In this document: in pieces, positions 1 through 8,196 of the stretch
Layout of the letters: every line of letters begins with the position of its first letter
How positions within the stretch are numbered: position 1 is the stretch's first letter
IMG/VR virus record: IMGVR_UViG_3300032214_001084
Strand: one strand, 5' to 3'
Source: an uncultured virus (IMG/VR IMGVR_UViG_3300032214_001084)
Taxonomy: Duplodnaviria; Heunggongvirae; Uroviricota; Caudoviricetes
DNA: 24,094 nucleotides
Position numbers and translations under genes: made by a program
The notes under the pieces: generated by a model
Told to the model about the DNA's origin: nothing
Databases searched by the model: none
Seen by the model: the letters and a program-made list of their open reading frames with translations, nothing else

Positions 1-410
1 AAGACGGCGGTGATTTTGTCGGTAACCAGGTCGATGGCTCCGGTGATGTGCAGTTGTTCGATCAAACTGTTCCGCTCGATCTTGGCAATCTTGAGCTTGC
101 GCTCCAGATCAGCAATCTTTTCGTTCAGCTTCTCGATCTTGGCGTGCGGCGTGGGCAAACGATCTATCCGAACAACGATGTTCGTACGGAACTCAGGAAA
201 CTTGAATAAAGAATCGTCGCCACGGAAAACATCCAGGTCGATACCGCTGTTGTCTGCTTTGACAAGCATCGAAGTTAGGTTGCTGCGAGCAGACTCATAC
301 TCGGCACCGAATCCTTCGTTAAGTTGAGCGAGGGCAGTGTCACAGGAGTCGTACCGCTCGGCGCTGATGCGTCCCTGTTCGATCAGGGACTGTTTAGTGA
401 CCTTAATCAT
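1..410 (-). CDS. hypothetical phage protein with C-terminal coiled coil (runs off window start; not in ORF track)
   Basis: ATG at 410 opens MIKVTKQSLIEQGRISAERYDSCD...KIEKLNEKIADLERKLKIAKIER with no stop to the window edge; sigma70-type promoter upstream. Confidence 0.8.
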   Translation of the reverse strand, partial: MIKVTKQSLIEQGRISAERYDSCDTALAQLNEGFGAEYESARSNLTSMLVKADNSGIDLDVFRGDDSLFKFPEFRTNIVVRIDRLPTPHAKIEKLNEKIADLERKLKIAKIERNSLIEQLHITGAIDLVTDKITAV

Positions 411-467
411 GTGATGTGATGCGAAGGGAACGCACCGCGTTAAGGGCCGGTGCCGCCCATGCAGAGC

Positions 468-496
468 AATGTACATTCTCCTGAGCACCTTGTCAA
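468..496 (-). promoter_or_regulatory. sigma70-type promoter TTGACA-N17-TACATT
   Basis: Perfect -35 (491-496), 17-nt spacer, -10 TACATT (468-473), ~55 nt upstream of the ATG at 410. Confidence 0.75.
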
Positions 497-667
497 CCCC
501 TGCGCAGGGATTTATATTTGGTGACACGAGAGCACAGTTGTTACAACTTTTGTTAATAAGAAAACTTTTTCTAAGTAAAACACTAGCAACAAAACTGGAT
601 TAACTATGAAGTATTTACCTTTCTCATTTGCGTCTTAGTCTGTTGCGAGGCATCGAAGCCTCAGGAC

Positions 668-1183
668 TTACAGGAGCCCCTTGCTACGCGAGACCTTTGC
701 ATCGTTGTTATACCTCCCAGTGTATCTGTAGCTAGCTTGAGGAGCCTCAGTCATCTCAGTGAAGACAATCTGCCCGCACCGCATACCGGGCCAGAGCGGG
801 AAGGCTGAGAACTGCTTAGCGTTCTTGAACTCCAGAGTCAACACCGAGTTGTTGAATCCAGGGTCGATGTAGCCAGCGAGCAAATGCTCCAAACCCGCAC
901 GAGCCAGCGAAGACTTAAGCACGAACTGCGCCGAGATGTAGTCGGGAATGTTAAAGGTCTCAGCTGTTTCAGCCAAGATAAATTCGTTAGGCAGCAGCAG
1001 GTAGGGGTTTTCTCTGGTGTGCTCTGAAATGTTTTTAGGCAACATGCCACCAGCCTCAACCTCAACGTAGAGGTTAGTGCCGAGCGTGACGTCTAGACTG
1101 GCTGGATTGATCAGCGTGGGGTTGAAAGGCTCAATCATGCCCCCCTCGCAGAGAGCTTTAATCCGCCAATCAGGTAAGACCAC
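668..1183 (-). CDS. dcd: dCTP deaminase (trimeric dUTPase/dCTP deaminase fold)
   Basis: INPASLDVTLG, KSSLARAG, AGYIDPGF, GMRCGQIVF and C-terminal YxGRY motifs typical of Dcd. Confidence 0.93.
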   Translation of the reverse strand: MVLPDWRIKALCEGGMIEPFNPTLINPASLDVTLGTNLYVEVEAGGMLPKNISEHTRENPYLLLPNEFILAETAETFNIPDYISAQFVLKSSLARAGLEHLLAGYIDPGFNNSVLTLEFKNAKQFSAFPLWPGMRCGQIVFTEMTEAPQASYRYTGRYNNDAKVSRSKGLL

Positions 1184-1207
1184 AGGAGTAACGAGACTCC
1201 AGTGAGA

Positions 1208-1525
1208 TTAACCTAAGTGGCTGTGAATTTCATCAAAGAGTTCACGACCTTTAGCCGTAAGTCTTACGAGCTTGATTCTTTGATCTGCGTGCCAAGGTTC
1301 TCGACTCACTAGACCCATGCCAGGCTCGCCTTTCTGAGTTTGTGAATCGAGAATGCCGCAGTTACGAGAGACGGAACTCTTAGGGATACCAAGCTTGCGA
1401 GCAATGTCTGTTTGAAGGAGCCCCTCACGAGACTCCCCTACAGCTAGAAAGATAAAGAGTGTTGTACAGGAAACTTCGCGGGGATTGAACTTTGCGAAGG
1501 GTTCTATTGCTTTTGAGAGGAGCAT
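1208..1525 (-). CDS. MarR-type winged-helix DNA-binding protein
   Basis: QTDIARKLGIPKSSVSR helix-turn-helix and D.RIKLVRLTAKG wing motif. Confidence 0.85.
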   Translation of the reverse strand: MLLSKAIEPFAKFNPREVSCTTLFIFLAVGESREGLLQTDIARKLGIPKSSVSRNCGILDSQTQKGEPGMGLVSREPWHADQRIKLVRLTAKGRELFDEIHSHLG

Positions 1526-1701
1526 GGAGTTAATTGTAGTAGCTTAATGTCTATTTGATTGAGTTTGTTTAAGGTAGCTTCGATCTCTTCTTTCATCGAC
1601 GGAGACGCCGAAAGTAAATTGAGCTGCTGCCTGGTCATTAAAGAGTTAAGAGCCCTACGCAGCGTAAGGATCTCATCTTTTGTGAAGTTTACTTCTGACA
1701 T
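1504..1701 (-). CDS. hypothetical protein
   Basis: 65-aa ORF, ATG preceded by an ATCAC-rich leader like other genes in the array. Confidence 0.6.
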   Translation of the reverse strand: MSEVNFTKDEILTLRRALNSLMTRQQLNLLSASPSMKEEIEATLNKLNQIDIKLLQLTPCSSQKQ

Positions 1702-1807
1702 TGTTCTTGGGTGATCTCGTGATGTGATCCAGTGTGATGAGCGTGGACTACCACAGGGCTTAACAGGACAATGCTAGTAAGAACGAGGGTGAGGCTCAGG
1801 GTCGATT

Positions 1808-1978
1808 TCATTTAGACAGGTCTTCCAAGATGGGGATGAGGCGGTTAGCTAGTTCTTTAGCTTGTTTAGACTTCGAGCCTTTTACAACTGCTAGAAGTGT
1901 TGAAGGAGAGACGTTTGTGTATTCAATATGCTTTTGTGAAATTTGTGATTGTAGTGTGATGGTGATTGGATAAGTCAC
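1808..1978 (-). CDS. hypothetical protein (likely GTG start at 1978)
   Basis: 3' part of track ORF 1808..2104; a GTG start avoids overlap with the 2001..2165 gene. Confidence 0.5.
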   Translation of the reverse strand: MTYPITITLQSQISQKHIEYTNVSPSTLLAVVKGSKSKQAKELANRLIPILEDLSK

Positions 1979-2000
1979 AAGAGTTTGGCAGCATTGAAGT

Positions 2001-2165
2001 TTAGCAGCCTGGGGCAAAATAAGGTTTGCCGTTTGGGGAAAATGGACATTGAATGCTGTGTGACTTCTGTGTGTCCCCTGTCCTGATAGCCGCAGCAAGC
2101 ACAATTGTTGCAGCGAGCAGAATCGCAGTTTCGGTGAATCGACGCTTGGAAAAGGGTGTTTTCAT
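2001..2165 (-). CDS. small membrane/secreted protein, 54 aa (not in ORF track)
   Basis: MKTPFSKRRFTETAILLAATIVLAAAIRTG...; ATGA overlap with the upstream stop; basic N-terminus plus hydrophobic helix. Confidence 0.6.
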   Translation of the reverse strand: MKTPFSKRRFTETAILLAATIVLAAAIRTGDTQKSHSIQCPFSPNGKPYFAPGC

Positions 2166-2905
2166 GATTGAACGATTAATTTTGTGACTCCGAAGTGTTT
2201 GATCCAGGTGACGAGTTTCACCGTTGCGTCAGTGTTCTCTAAGCCGATGCAGCCTGATGTACCTGACTCGCCGTTGAGTTTGCCGAGAGAAGGATCGACG
2301 TGAAAGCCGAGATCCGATCGCCCCGTGGAGAACATCGGAGTGATCGGAATCCAGAAACCGCGACCTAATTCAGGGTCGGGGAACGGCCCGCGCTCAATAC
2401 CCATCGTGTCAATCCGATAGTCTCCTTTCGGAAGTGGTGCTTTTGTGCCAGCCGTGTGACGGTCTGCAGTTTGTCGGGACGCTCTGCCTGTCACAGCAAT
2501 CAGGCTGTCGAGCACCACACCATCTTTACTGATGAGGCTTAGTCGCCAGACAGGATCTTTTGTCTTGGGGATTGTTTCGTTTGTTTTACGAAGCGTAAGG
2601 AATGCTGAGCTAGCGATCCGAGGTAGCGGCGGAACAGGATGCGAAAACTCGATTGATGACCGTTGAGAACCGGGCTCCGGTGAGAATCCTGGCTCAGGTA
2701 CAGCATCAAGAGGTAGGACACCATCGGGAGCTAACCGTGTCGGATTGTCGCCCAACTCTAGAGGTTGTTCCATGGCAAGCATCATCTCTTGGTGATACTC
2801 ACTCACTTGCTGTTTTGATTCGAAGAAGCGCTGCCCGTGGTGAACACCAAGGGCAACAACTAAACCGCCAACTGTTCCAACTAAAGCGTACATTCTGAGA
2901 TTCAT
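2162..2905 (-). CDS. membrane-anchored L,D-transpeptidase-like (YkuD / DUF2778-Tlde1-like) protein
   Basis: N-terminal TM helix; AVTG..., APLPKGDY, GFH...GTSGCIG (His...SxGC catalytic motif). Confidence 0.75.
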   Translation of the reverse strand: MNLRMYALVGTVGGLVVALGVHHGQRFFESKQQVSEYHQEMMLAMEQPLELGDNPTRLAPDGVLPLDAVPEPGFSPEPGSQRSSIEFSHPVPPLPRIASSAFLTLRKTNETIPKTKDPVWRLSLISKDGVVLDSLIAVTGRASRQTADRHTAGTKAPLPKGDYRIDTMGIERGPFPDPELGRGFWIPITPMFSTGRSDLGFHVDPSLGKLNGESGTSGCIGLENTDATVKLVTWIKHFGVTKLIVQS

Positions 2906-2911
2906 GATGAG

Positions 2912-3337
2912 TTACATGTTTCCTGGGCCGGTGTTTGTTACAGGAGGAGCTGGGGGAGCTGGGGGTGCATCGTAGTTGCCCGGCCCTACTGTAGGTGCTG
3001 GCGGCACTTTGACTGGCATTTGAGGGACACGGTTAGGTTGCTGAAACACGGGAGCTGGTTCAGCTGCTGGTTGAGTTTCGGGCTGCGGTTCCGTTGTTTC
3101 TTCAACCCTTGTCTCTGTTTTAGTCTCTTTAGTCTCAGCTGGGCCGCCCCCTTCTAGTTGTTGGAGCCACTCAGCTTTTGACTTCTGTTGTGGGTCTGGT
3201 TCGAGCTTGCCATCAGGATCTGATTTGTTTGGGTTAGGAATTAGGACGTTGACGAAAGAGCTGATGACACTTGAGGCGGTGATTGCAAAGATAAAAGCAA
3301 CACCAGCGATGATGATGTACTTAAGATTTGCTCGCAC
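2912..3337 (-). CDS. membrane-anchored Pro/Glu/Thr-rich protein
   Basis: Hydrophobic N-terminal helix then low-complexity PAP/PEP-rich tail. Confidence 0.75.
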   Translation of the reverse strand: MRANLKYIIIAGVAFIFAITASSVISSFVNVLIPNPNKSDPDGKLEPDPQQKSKAEWLQQLEGGGPAETKETKTETRVEETTEPQPETQPAAEPAPVFQQPNRVPQMPVKVPPAPTVGPGNYDAPPAPPAPPVTNTGPGNM

Positions 3338-3343
3338 GATGTA

Positions 3344-3622
3344 TCAACGGCAAAGGTAATCAGAACGCATCCAACCTACGAGGCCGTTGTATTCAGTTTT
3401 CCACCAACGCATTTTGTCCGCACCCCACACCCAGGTGAGTGCACGAACATAACTTTCGTTAGGGATTGAAGCGATCACGGTTGCTCGTGTTGATGGTTGA
3501 TTGCGGAGATTTACTGAGCTGTTGTACTCGCGAGTGCAAGTCATTGCCCACTGAGCTTGAGCTGGCGTGGTGATAAGTAAGGAAGTAAGGGAAGTGAACA
3601 GGAAGGCTGTAAGTTTGCTCAT
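3344..3622 (-). CDS. secreted SH3b-domain protein
   Basis: Signal peptide ending AQA; VNLRNQPST...VIASIP...WWKTEYNGLVGWMRSDYL matches the bacterial SH3 pattern. Confidence 0.85.
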   Translation of the reverse strand: MSKLTAFLFTSLTSLLITTPAQAQWAMTCTREYNSSVNLRNQPSTRATVIASIPNESYVRALTWVWGADKMRWWKTEYNGLVGWMRSDYLCR

Positions 3623-3624
3623 GG

Positions 3625-3879
3625 TTAAGCTGGGAGGATTTGGTCAACTGGAATGAGTAGTTTAATCTTCCAAGCCTGGAAGTTTGAGCCGACTCGTTCT
3701 ATCTCGATGAGTTGTCTTTCTTCGAGTGAGCCAACTGCTTTGAGGAAAACATTGCGGCGGCTGGCTGTAACTTTGCCGAGGTAACAAGGCTCACCAGGAT
3801 TACGTTGTTCGTGTTGTGCAACTAAGCGAAGGATGTTTCGTTGATTAGTTCTCAGGCTTGGTAGCTTGAGATCATTCAT
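3625..3879 (-). CDS. hypothetical protein, possible winged helix
   Basis: 84-aa ORF, LxxxQRNILR...LEERQLIEIER pattern. Confidence 0.65.
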   Translation of the reverse strand: MNDLKLPSLRTNQRNILRLVAQHEQRNPGEPCYLGKVTASRRNVFLKAVGSLEERQLIEIERVGSNFQAWKIKLLIPVDQILPA

Positions 3880-4231
3880 CGAGCTGCTCCAGTGCGCGAC
3901 GAATAGTGTTTAAGTCTTGGAATTGCTCTCGCATATCGTTTGCACCTACTGCCACAGCGTGGAGTGCAATTAGCGCTTGTTTCTTCAAGCTTGGCGGGTT
4001 TGGACGACGTTGCTCGCGCAACTTTCTAACCAAGATACTGCGTTGAAATTTAGTGCCGCAGCATGGATCGACAAGAGCTAAAGCGCAGCACGCTTCAAGT
4101 TCTTGATCCGCGCCAGCTTGGAAAGCTTGAATGAGTAGTACATCGGGATGTTCTTCCTCATCGAACCATTGATCTTCCCACTTCTTAAGTAGTTCTAAGG
4201 GAGGGGTGACGGGGTGTTGCTGGTCTTTCAT
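3872..4231 (-). CDS. conserved cyanophage-type hypothetical protein
   Basis: P.PPLEL...AFQAGADQELEAC...PPSLKKQAL...IRRALEQL pattern recalled from cyanophage small proteins. Confidence 0.75.
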   Translation of the reverse strand: MKDQQHPVTPPLELLKKWEDQWFDEEEHPDVLLIQAFQAGADQELEACCALALVDPCCGTKFQRSILVRKLREQRRPNPPSLKKQALIALHAVAVGANDMREQFQDLNTIRRALEQLDE

Positions 4232-4279
4232 GGTCTAATTAACTTCTAGTTTGAATCAAATTAGAAATTGGTCAGGAGC

Positions 4280-4645
4280 TTAGTGGAGGGGGACGCGTTC
4301 AACAGTGTAATCTTGCCTGTCCTCCATGTGGATCACGTTGTCACGAGTAGTTAGAAACCACTCAAAATTAGATTGTGACACTGAAGCTCCGCAGAACTCA
4401 CGCAACAAAACGTGAAGACGTGATTTAGTTATGTTGGTTCGATAGCCGCAGTTGTTACAGATCACGCTATCTGGTGTGATTGTTGCAATCAGATTCCCGT
4501 GGAGATAGACATTCGTTCTGTCTATAATTCGATCGCCTTTGTCTACGGGATGAGGCAAGTAGATGTTCTCAACCTTGGTGTTGGCGAGACTGAGATTCTT
4601 GCGCTCGATGATGGCGCTGAGCATCTTCTTTTCGATTGTTCGCAT
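4280..4645 (-). CDS. conserved phage hypothetical protein
   Basis: MRTIEKKML.AI...VYLHGNLIA...TKSRL...Q.NFEWF pattern recalled from cyanophage early genes. Confidence 0.8.
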   Translation of the reverse strand: MRTIEKKMLSAIIERKNLSLANTKVENIYLPHPVDKGDRIIDRTNVYLHGNLIATITPDSVICNNCGYRTNITKSRLHVLLREFCGASVSQSNFEWFLTTRDNVIHMEDRQDYTVERVPLH

Positions 4646-4716
4646 GATTTAAACTGTTGTGAGGGGTTAATGAACTTGTGGACGTTTCTAGTCAGTTAAT
4701 TCGGGAAGGTTTGCGT

Positions 4717-4989
4717 ATGGCTGGAGATGCCAGACTCCCTGATGAGTTGGAGACAGTTAAGAACCTCTTACTCAAAGGTGCAATTGAGGATGCAACAGGG
4801 CGAGTAACCATAACGCCTCAAGGTGGTGTTGAGATCCAACCTGCTAACTCACCGTTTATGGTGAGAGCCTCTGCTGGATTTGATCCTTCTGTTTATGTCG
4901 GTTATCAATCCAGAAAGCCGATTGTGGAAGGTCGCGCACCTGAGTTTGCACTTGATGAAGCACTGCGTGTGTTAGAGCAGGAGTATTGA
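4717..4989 (+). CDS. hypothetical protein (lone plus-strand gene)
   Basis: ATG at 4717 (MAGDARLPDE...) fills a gap in the minus-strand array. Confidence 0.6.
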   Translation: MAGDARLPDELETVKNLLLKGAIEDATGRVTITPQGGVEIQPANSPFMVRASAGFDPSVYVGYQSRKPIVEGRAPEFALDEALRVLEQEY

Positions 4990-5119
4990 ATTTCTGCCCT
5001 GTGACACACAACAGCACCAGATTGAGTTAGCGCAGCGTACGAGTTGGAGTTGTGTATGTAAGCTGGAGAGACACCAGTAAACATCTGCACGCAGGTTACA
5101 GTTGAGCACATAAAGCTAG

Positions 5120-5494
5120 TCATAATAGGTGATTGTATTTAGCCACTACCGCTTCCCACGAATCGGGTGATGCGATAGGTTCAATCCCATCGAGTTGGCG
5201 CTTCCAATCATCCTTACGCAACCATTCTTTAGCGTTAGGGTCAGCGCCGGGAAGTTCATCACGAAAGGTGAGATCCCAGTACTTAGCTAGTTGGATAGCG
5301 TCGCGCATCGGACCATCAAACCAACCTGCAGCCAAACCTGAACCTAGGTGCGTGATTGTCCAGCGCTTTGGTTCTTTGCTTAGTTTGTTGAAACCAACGA
5401 TGGGGCGGTGGACTGCAAGGGCTTCGCCTACATACTTTGCCGGCACTTTGAGTGTACCGTGACTTGTGTTTACAGTGATCATCTTCTTACTCAT
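5120..5494 (-). CDS. hypothetical protein
   Basis: 124 aa, WTITHLGSGLA motif, tightly packed with neighbours. Confidence 0.75.
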   Translation of the reverse strand: MSKKMITVNTSHGTLKVPAKYVGEALAVHRPIVGFNKLSKEPKRWTITHLGSGLAAGWFDGPMRDAIQLAKYWDLTFRDELPGADPNAKEWLRKDDWKRQLDGIEPIASPDSWEAVVAKYNHLL

Positions 5495-5678
5495 ACTCCG
5501 CGATGGATTGTTTCAGTTGGTCGATGGCACACATAAGGTAATTTGCACGGGCTGAAGTTACACAGTCTTCTAGAGAACACTCCAGCTGGTTTAGTGCGTC
5601 TTTAGCATCGTCGATAGTTAGAAAAGTGTCGATGGCGAAAGGAACGCCGAACTCATCGTCAACAATTAGCTGAATCAT
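5487..5678 (-). CDS. hypothetical acidic protein
   Basis: 63 aa, TGATG overlap with upstream gene. Confidence 0.7.
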   Translation of the reverse strand: MIQLIVDDEFGVPFAIDTFLTIDDAKDALNQLECSLEDCVTSARANYLMCAIDQLKQSIAEYE

Positions 5679-5899
5679 CAGAACATACCTCGTGATTCGA
5701 TGTGAGCTTGAATTTGTGCATCAGTTGGTTCCCATCCGTCGATGTATTCGAGTGCAGGGATGATGTTGTCTTCGATCTGCTCGGCAATGTCTGGTGGCAT
5801 CATCATGTCGCGCTGCAACAGTTGTTTAAACCGTGCGAGCGTGTGGTAAGCAAGACTGTGATAACCAAGTTGGTAAATGTCGTAAGGAATGTTGTCCAT
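5678..5899 (-). CDS. hypothetical protein
   Basis: 73 aa, ATCAC leader, promoter upstream. Confidence 0.7.
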   Translation of the reverse strand: MDNIPYDIYQLGYHSLAYHTLARFKQLLQRDMMMPPDIAEQIEDNIIPALEYIDGWEPTDAQIQAHIESRGMF

Positions 5900-5952
5900 G
5901 GTGATTAGAAAGTGATGACCGTAGAAAAGATTGTGAGAGATGAGGCCAGCAC

Positions 5953-5961
5953 ACTATACCA
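5953..5961 (-). promoter_or_regulatory. extended -10 promoter TGgTATAGT
   Basis: TGnTATAGT in the intergenic gap ~55 nt upstream of the ATG at 5899. Confidence 0.5.
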
Positions 5962-5998
5962 TGCCTGTCGGAACAGTGAGGGTGCTGGGTGCATCAGA

Positions 5999-6316
5999 TC
6001 AGTAACTGATTGAAACGGTTGCGATACCGTCAATCGGAACGCCTAGCCTGTAGGCTGCCCCGGCTGACAAATCTATAGAGTTGCAATCACAACGATCTGT
6101 GATGGGCACAGTAAGCGTTCTACCCTTGTGTGTTACACGAACTTGTGTGCCGCAGGGTAGCCACGGGTGCGCAGCAGATACACCCCAGTGCTGATAGGTT
6201 TGTCCGCAGTATGTTTCTCTTGAGTGATACCACTCGTGGTAGACAGTCGCAGTTACTGGGCGAGCATTAACTGGGTTGATAAACATCAAAGGAAAAAACA
6301 GAAGTAGTCGTTTCAT
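5999..6316 (-). CDS. RlpA-like double-psi beta-barrel protein (lytic transglycosylase-like), secreted
   Basis: Start MKRLLLFFPL (signal peptide); SAAHPWLPCGTQVRVT...V.ITDR...IDLSAGAA..LG is the RlpA DPBB signature. Confidence 0.85.
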   Translation of the reverse strand: MKRLLLFFPLMFINPVNARPVTATVYHEWYHSRETYCGQTYQHWGVSAAHPWLPCGTQVRVTHKGRTLTVPITDRCDCNSIDLSAGAAYRLGVPIDGIATVSISY

Positions 6317-6326
6317 GTGATGCTGA

Positions 6327-6358
6327 TGTGATTGTGTGAGTTGGCCCCGCGTTAGCGG
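6327..6358. repeat. intergenic repeat copy 1 (30/32 identical to 7340-7371)
   Basis: tgtgattgtgtgagttggccccgcgttagcgg. Confidence 0.9.
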
Positions 6359-6365
6359 GTAAGAG

Positions 6366-6536
6366 TCATGATTCGCGCCAAGCTTTGCAGCATCGTGAGC
6401 TGATGTAGTAGTGAGCCGAATAGTCACAGATCTGATACTCGTGCAGCGTGGTACTAGCCTCCTTGTGAGACTCGAACTCATCCACAGTTTCTAAGTAGTT
6501 GTGATTGATTGATCGGCGTTGAATGTAGTAGGTCAT
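6366..6536 (-). CDS. small cyanophage-type hypothetical protein, 56 aa (not in ORF track)
   Basis: MTYYIQRRSINHNYLETVDEFESHKEA...YYISSRCCKAWRES; ATGA overlap with upstream gene. Confidence 0.75.
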   Translation of the reverse strand: MTYYIQRRSINHNYLETVDEFESHKEASTTLHEYQICDYSAHYYISSRCCKAWRES

Positions 6537-6739
6537 GGTTCGTACTCTGATTGTTGTTCGAGTTGATGTTCGATTGCGGTTTGATAAGTCTCAACGATCT
6601 TCATAAGATCGCCGATGCGTTGATACATACGAGGGTAAAGATACGCGTTGTTGACTACAAGTTGTTCTGCGTCATGCAACAGTGTCCACAGATCAATCGC
6701 TTGTGAATGTTCACGCTGGAGGGAGGGTGATTGTCTCAT
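6533..6739 (-). CDS. hypothetical protein
   Basis: 68 aa, ATGA-coupled on both sides. Confidence 0.7.
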   Translation of the reverse strand: MRQSPSLQREHSQAIDLWTLLHDAEQLVVNNAYLYPRMYQRIGDLMKIVETYQTAIEHQLEQQSEYEP

Positions 6740-6924
6740 ACTGATAGTGCAAAGATCTGGAATGAATCAAGCAAGTTAGTGAAGTCTTCCTGCTCCATAG
6801 GATCAACCTGGCCAGACTCAGCCATAAGTTGTAGTGAAGCGAGAATGTAGTCAATCTCCCTGCGATTAACAAAGTTGAAAGAAGGGATCGGTTTGAGTGG
6901 TTGATTGCGTGTCTTGAATGTCAT
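6736..6924 (-). CDS. hypothetical protein
   Basis: 62 aa, packed operon. Confidence 0.7.
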   Translation of the reverse strand: MTFKTRNQPLKPIPSFNFVNRREIDYILASLQLMAESGQVDPMEQEDFTNLLDSFQIFALSV

Positions 6925-6926
6925 GA

Positions 6927-7121
6927 TCAGAAGCTGATAGTTTGATCGAACTTAGAGAAAGTCTTGGTGCGTAGATCTTCAAGCATGGAGAGATGTTCCA
7001 CAGCCCAATCACCACCGGGATGGTCTGGGGTTTCGTTAACTAGCTGCAGGAGATCTTGCTCGTATGCACGAATCATTCTGCGCATAAATTCGCGGTCGAG
7101 TTTGGTGTTGGTGTCGTACAT
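6927..7121 (-). CDS. hypothetical protein
   Basis: 64 aa, ACACAATCACACCAACATCATG leader. Confidence 0.7.
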   Translation of the reverse strand: MYDTNTKLDREFMRRMIRAYEQDLLQLVNETPDHPGGDWAVEHLSMLEDLRTKTFSKFDQTISF

Positions 7122-7139
7122 GATGTTGGTGTGATTGTG

Positions 7140-7331
7140 TTAGATAAATACGTTGCAAGACATTCCATTTTGCAGGCTTCGTGTCAGCTTGCCTCGCAGA
7201 CGGTGATAAGCCATAGATAGGTTGTCTTTAGTCTCTTGATTAAGTGTCGAGACTTTGCCCGGTTCTAATAACTTAAGTGCAGCCAAGATTGCTACAGCTT
7301 GAGGCTCTGTGAGTTCGTAGATAACAGACAT
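7140..7331 (-). CDS. hypothetical protein
   Basis: 63 aa, ACACAATCACACCAAGATCATG leader. Confidence 0.7.
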   Translation of the reverse strand: MSVIYELTEPQAVAILAALKLLEPGKVSTLNQETKDNLSMAYHRLRGKLTRSLQNGMSCNVFI

Positions 7332-7339
7332 GATCTTGG

Positions 7340-7371
7340 TGTGATTGTGTGAATCGGCCCCGCGTTAGCGG
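7340..7371. repeat. intergenic repeat copy 2
   Basis: tgtgattgtgtgaatcggccccgcgttagcgg. Confidence 0.9.
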
Positions 7372-7372
7372 A

Positions 7373-7627
7373 TTACTTAAAGTTGTCAGGGATAGAGTGT
7401 GCGAGTGTTGACCAGAAGCTGATACGTTCGCGCTTCCAACGCTCTACAGCTTGTTTGTAGTCATCATCTGCATAATAACCACTAAAGTGTGCAAGTTGCA
7501 TACGTTGCCTTGCGCATTGTGCGATGTTGTAACGCCTGAGGCTACACAATCCGGCTGGAGGTTCGTACTCATAAGTACAACCGTCAGTGTCTGTGTAGTG
7601 GGGAAGATCAGTAGACATAGCGATCAC
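7373..7627 (-). CDS. hypothetical protein
   Basis: 84 aa, GTGA overlap with upstream gene (alternative ATG at 7618). Confidence 0.65.
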   Translation of the reverse strand: MIAMSTDLPHYTDTDGCTYEYEPPAGLCSLRRYNIAQCARQRMQLAHFSGYYADDDYKQAVERWKRERISFWSTLAHSIPDNFK

Positions 7628-7935
7628 CAGAAGTTACCTAGACGAAACTCAGAAACGAAGGCGTGGGCAATAGATTCTGCGGCCACAAGTCTCTCGGGCT
7701 TGGGAAACATTTGGTTCCATGATGTAGACATAGAACCGTTGCACAGTTTGTAGTCTTTAGCTGCGGGGACTAACAGATAACGTTCGATGTATGCAATCGC
7801 ACGATCCAAACTGAACGTGCCTTTCTGATAGAACTTAGATAGAGTCTTGCCCACTGTGTTGTAGTGAGAGCCTGAGAAGTTGAGAGCGTACAGTTCTAGT
7901 TCGCGAACTGCATCTGCGTCGATTGTGTGTGCCAT
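7624..7935 (-). CDS. conserved phage hypothetical protein
   Basis: RELELYA.N...KG.F....A...AAKDY...F.K.ER..AA pattern of phage early proteins. Confidence 0.75.
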   Translation of the reverse strand: MAHTIDADAVRELELYALNFSGSHYNTVGKTLSKFYQKGTFSLDRAIAYIERYLLVPAAKDYKLCNGSMSTSWNQMFPKPERLVAAESIAHAFVSEFRLGNFW

Positions 7936-7954
7936 GGTGATGATTGTGTCGGTG

Positions 7955-8194
7955 TTAGTTGTTAACGAGGAGAGAATCTACGTCCCAGTCATCTACATCT
8001 AGGAAGTCATCTACGCTGGGATCGTATGCAACTAGATGGAAGTTGTAAGGTACATCTTCGTCAGTTGTGATCCATACATAATCACCAGTGTGATTGTTAA
8101 CGCAATCTTTGAACGCGAAGCTAACATAGTTTGTCGGGAAGTCACCCATAAGGTGATAAGTTCCGTGAGACGTACGGCGATGAAGATAGTACAT
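7955..8194 (-). CDS. hypothetical acidic protein
   Basis: ATCATG start at 8194 (GTG at 8200 is an alternative). Confidence 0.65.
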   Translation of the reverse strand: MYYLHRRTSHGTYHLMGDFPTNYVSFAFKDCVNNHTGDYVWITTDEDVPYNFHLVAYDPSVDDFLDVDDWDVDSLLVNN

Positions 8195-8196
8195 GA

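Noticed and set aside
10..327. Plus-strand 105-aa ORF
   Set aside because: Antisense shadow of the minus-strand gene starting at 410, which has a promoter and leader.
540..625. AT-rich intergenic patch as a replication origin
   Set aside because: Short, with no iterons or DnaA boxes seen; not supportable.
4905..5123. Minus-strand 72-aa ORF
   Set aside because: It has an ATGA overlap, but overlaps the plus-strand gene by 85 nt and has no recognisable features; left uncalled.
6317..6481. N-terminal extension of the RlpA-like ORF in the track
   Set aside because: It overlaps the 6366-6536 gene and the repeat; the signal peptide begins at ATG 6316.
6327..7371. CRISPR array
   Set aside because: Only two copies of each repeat, separated by whole genes, and no cas genes.
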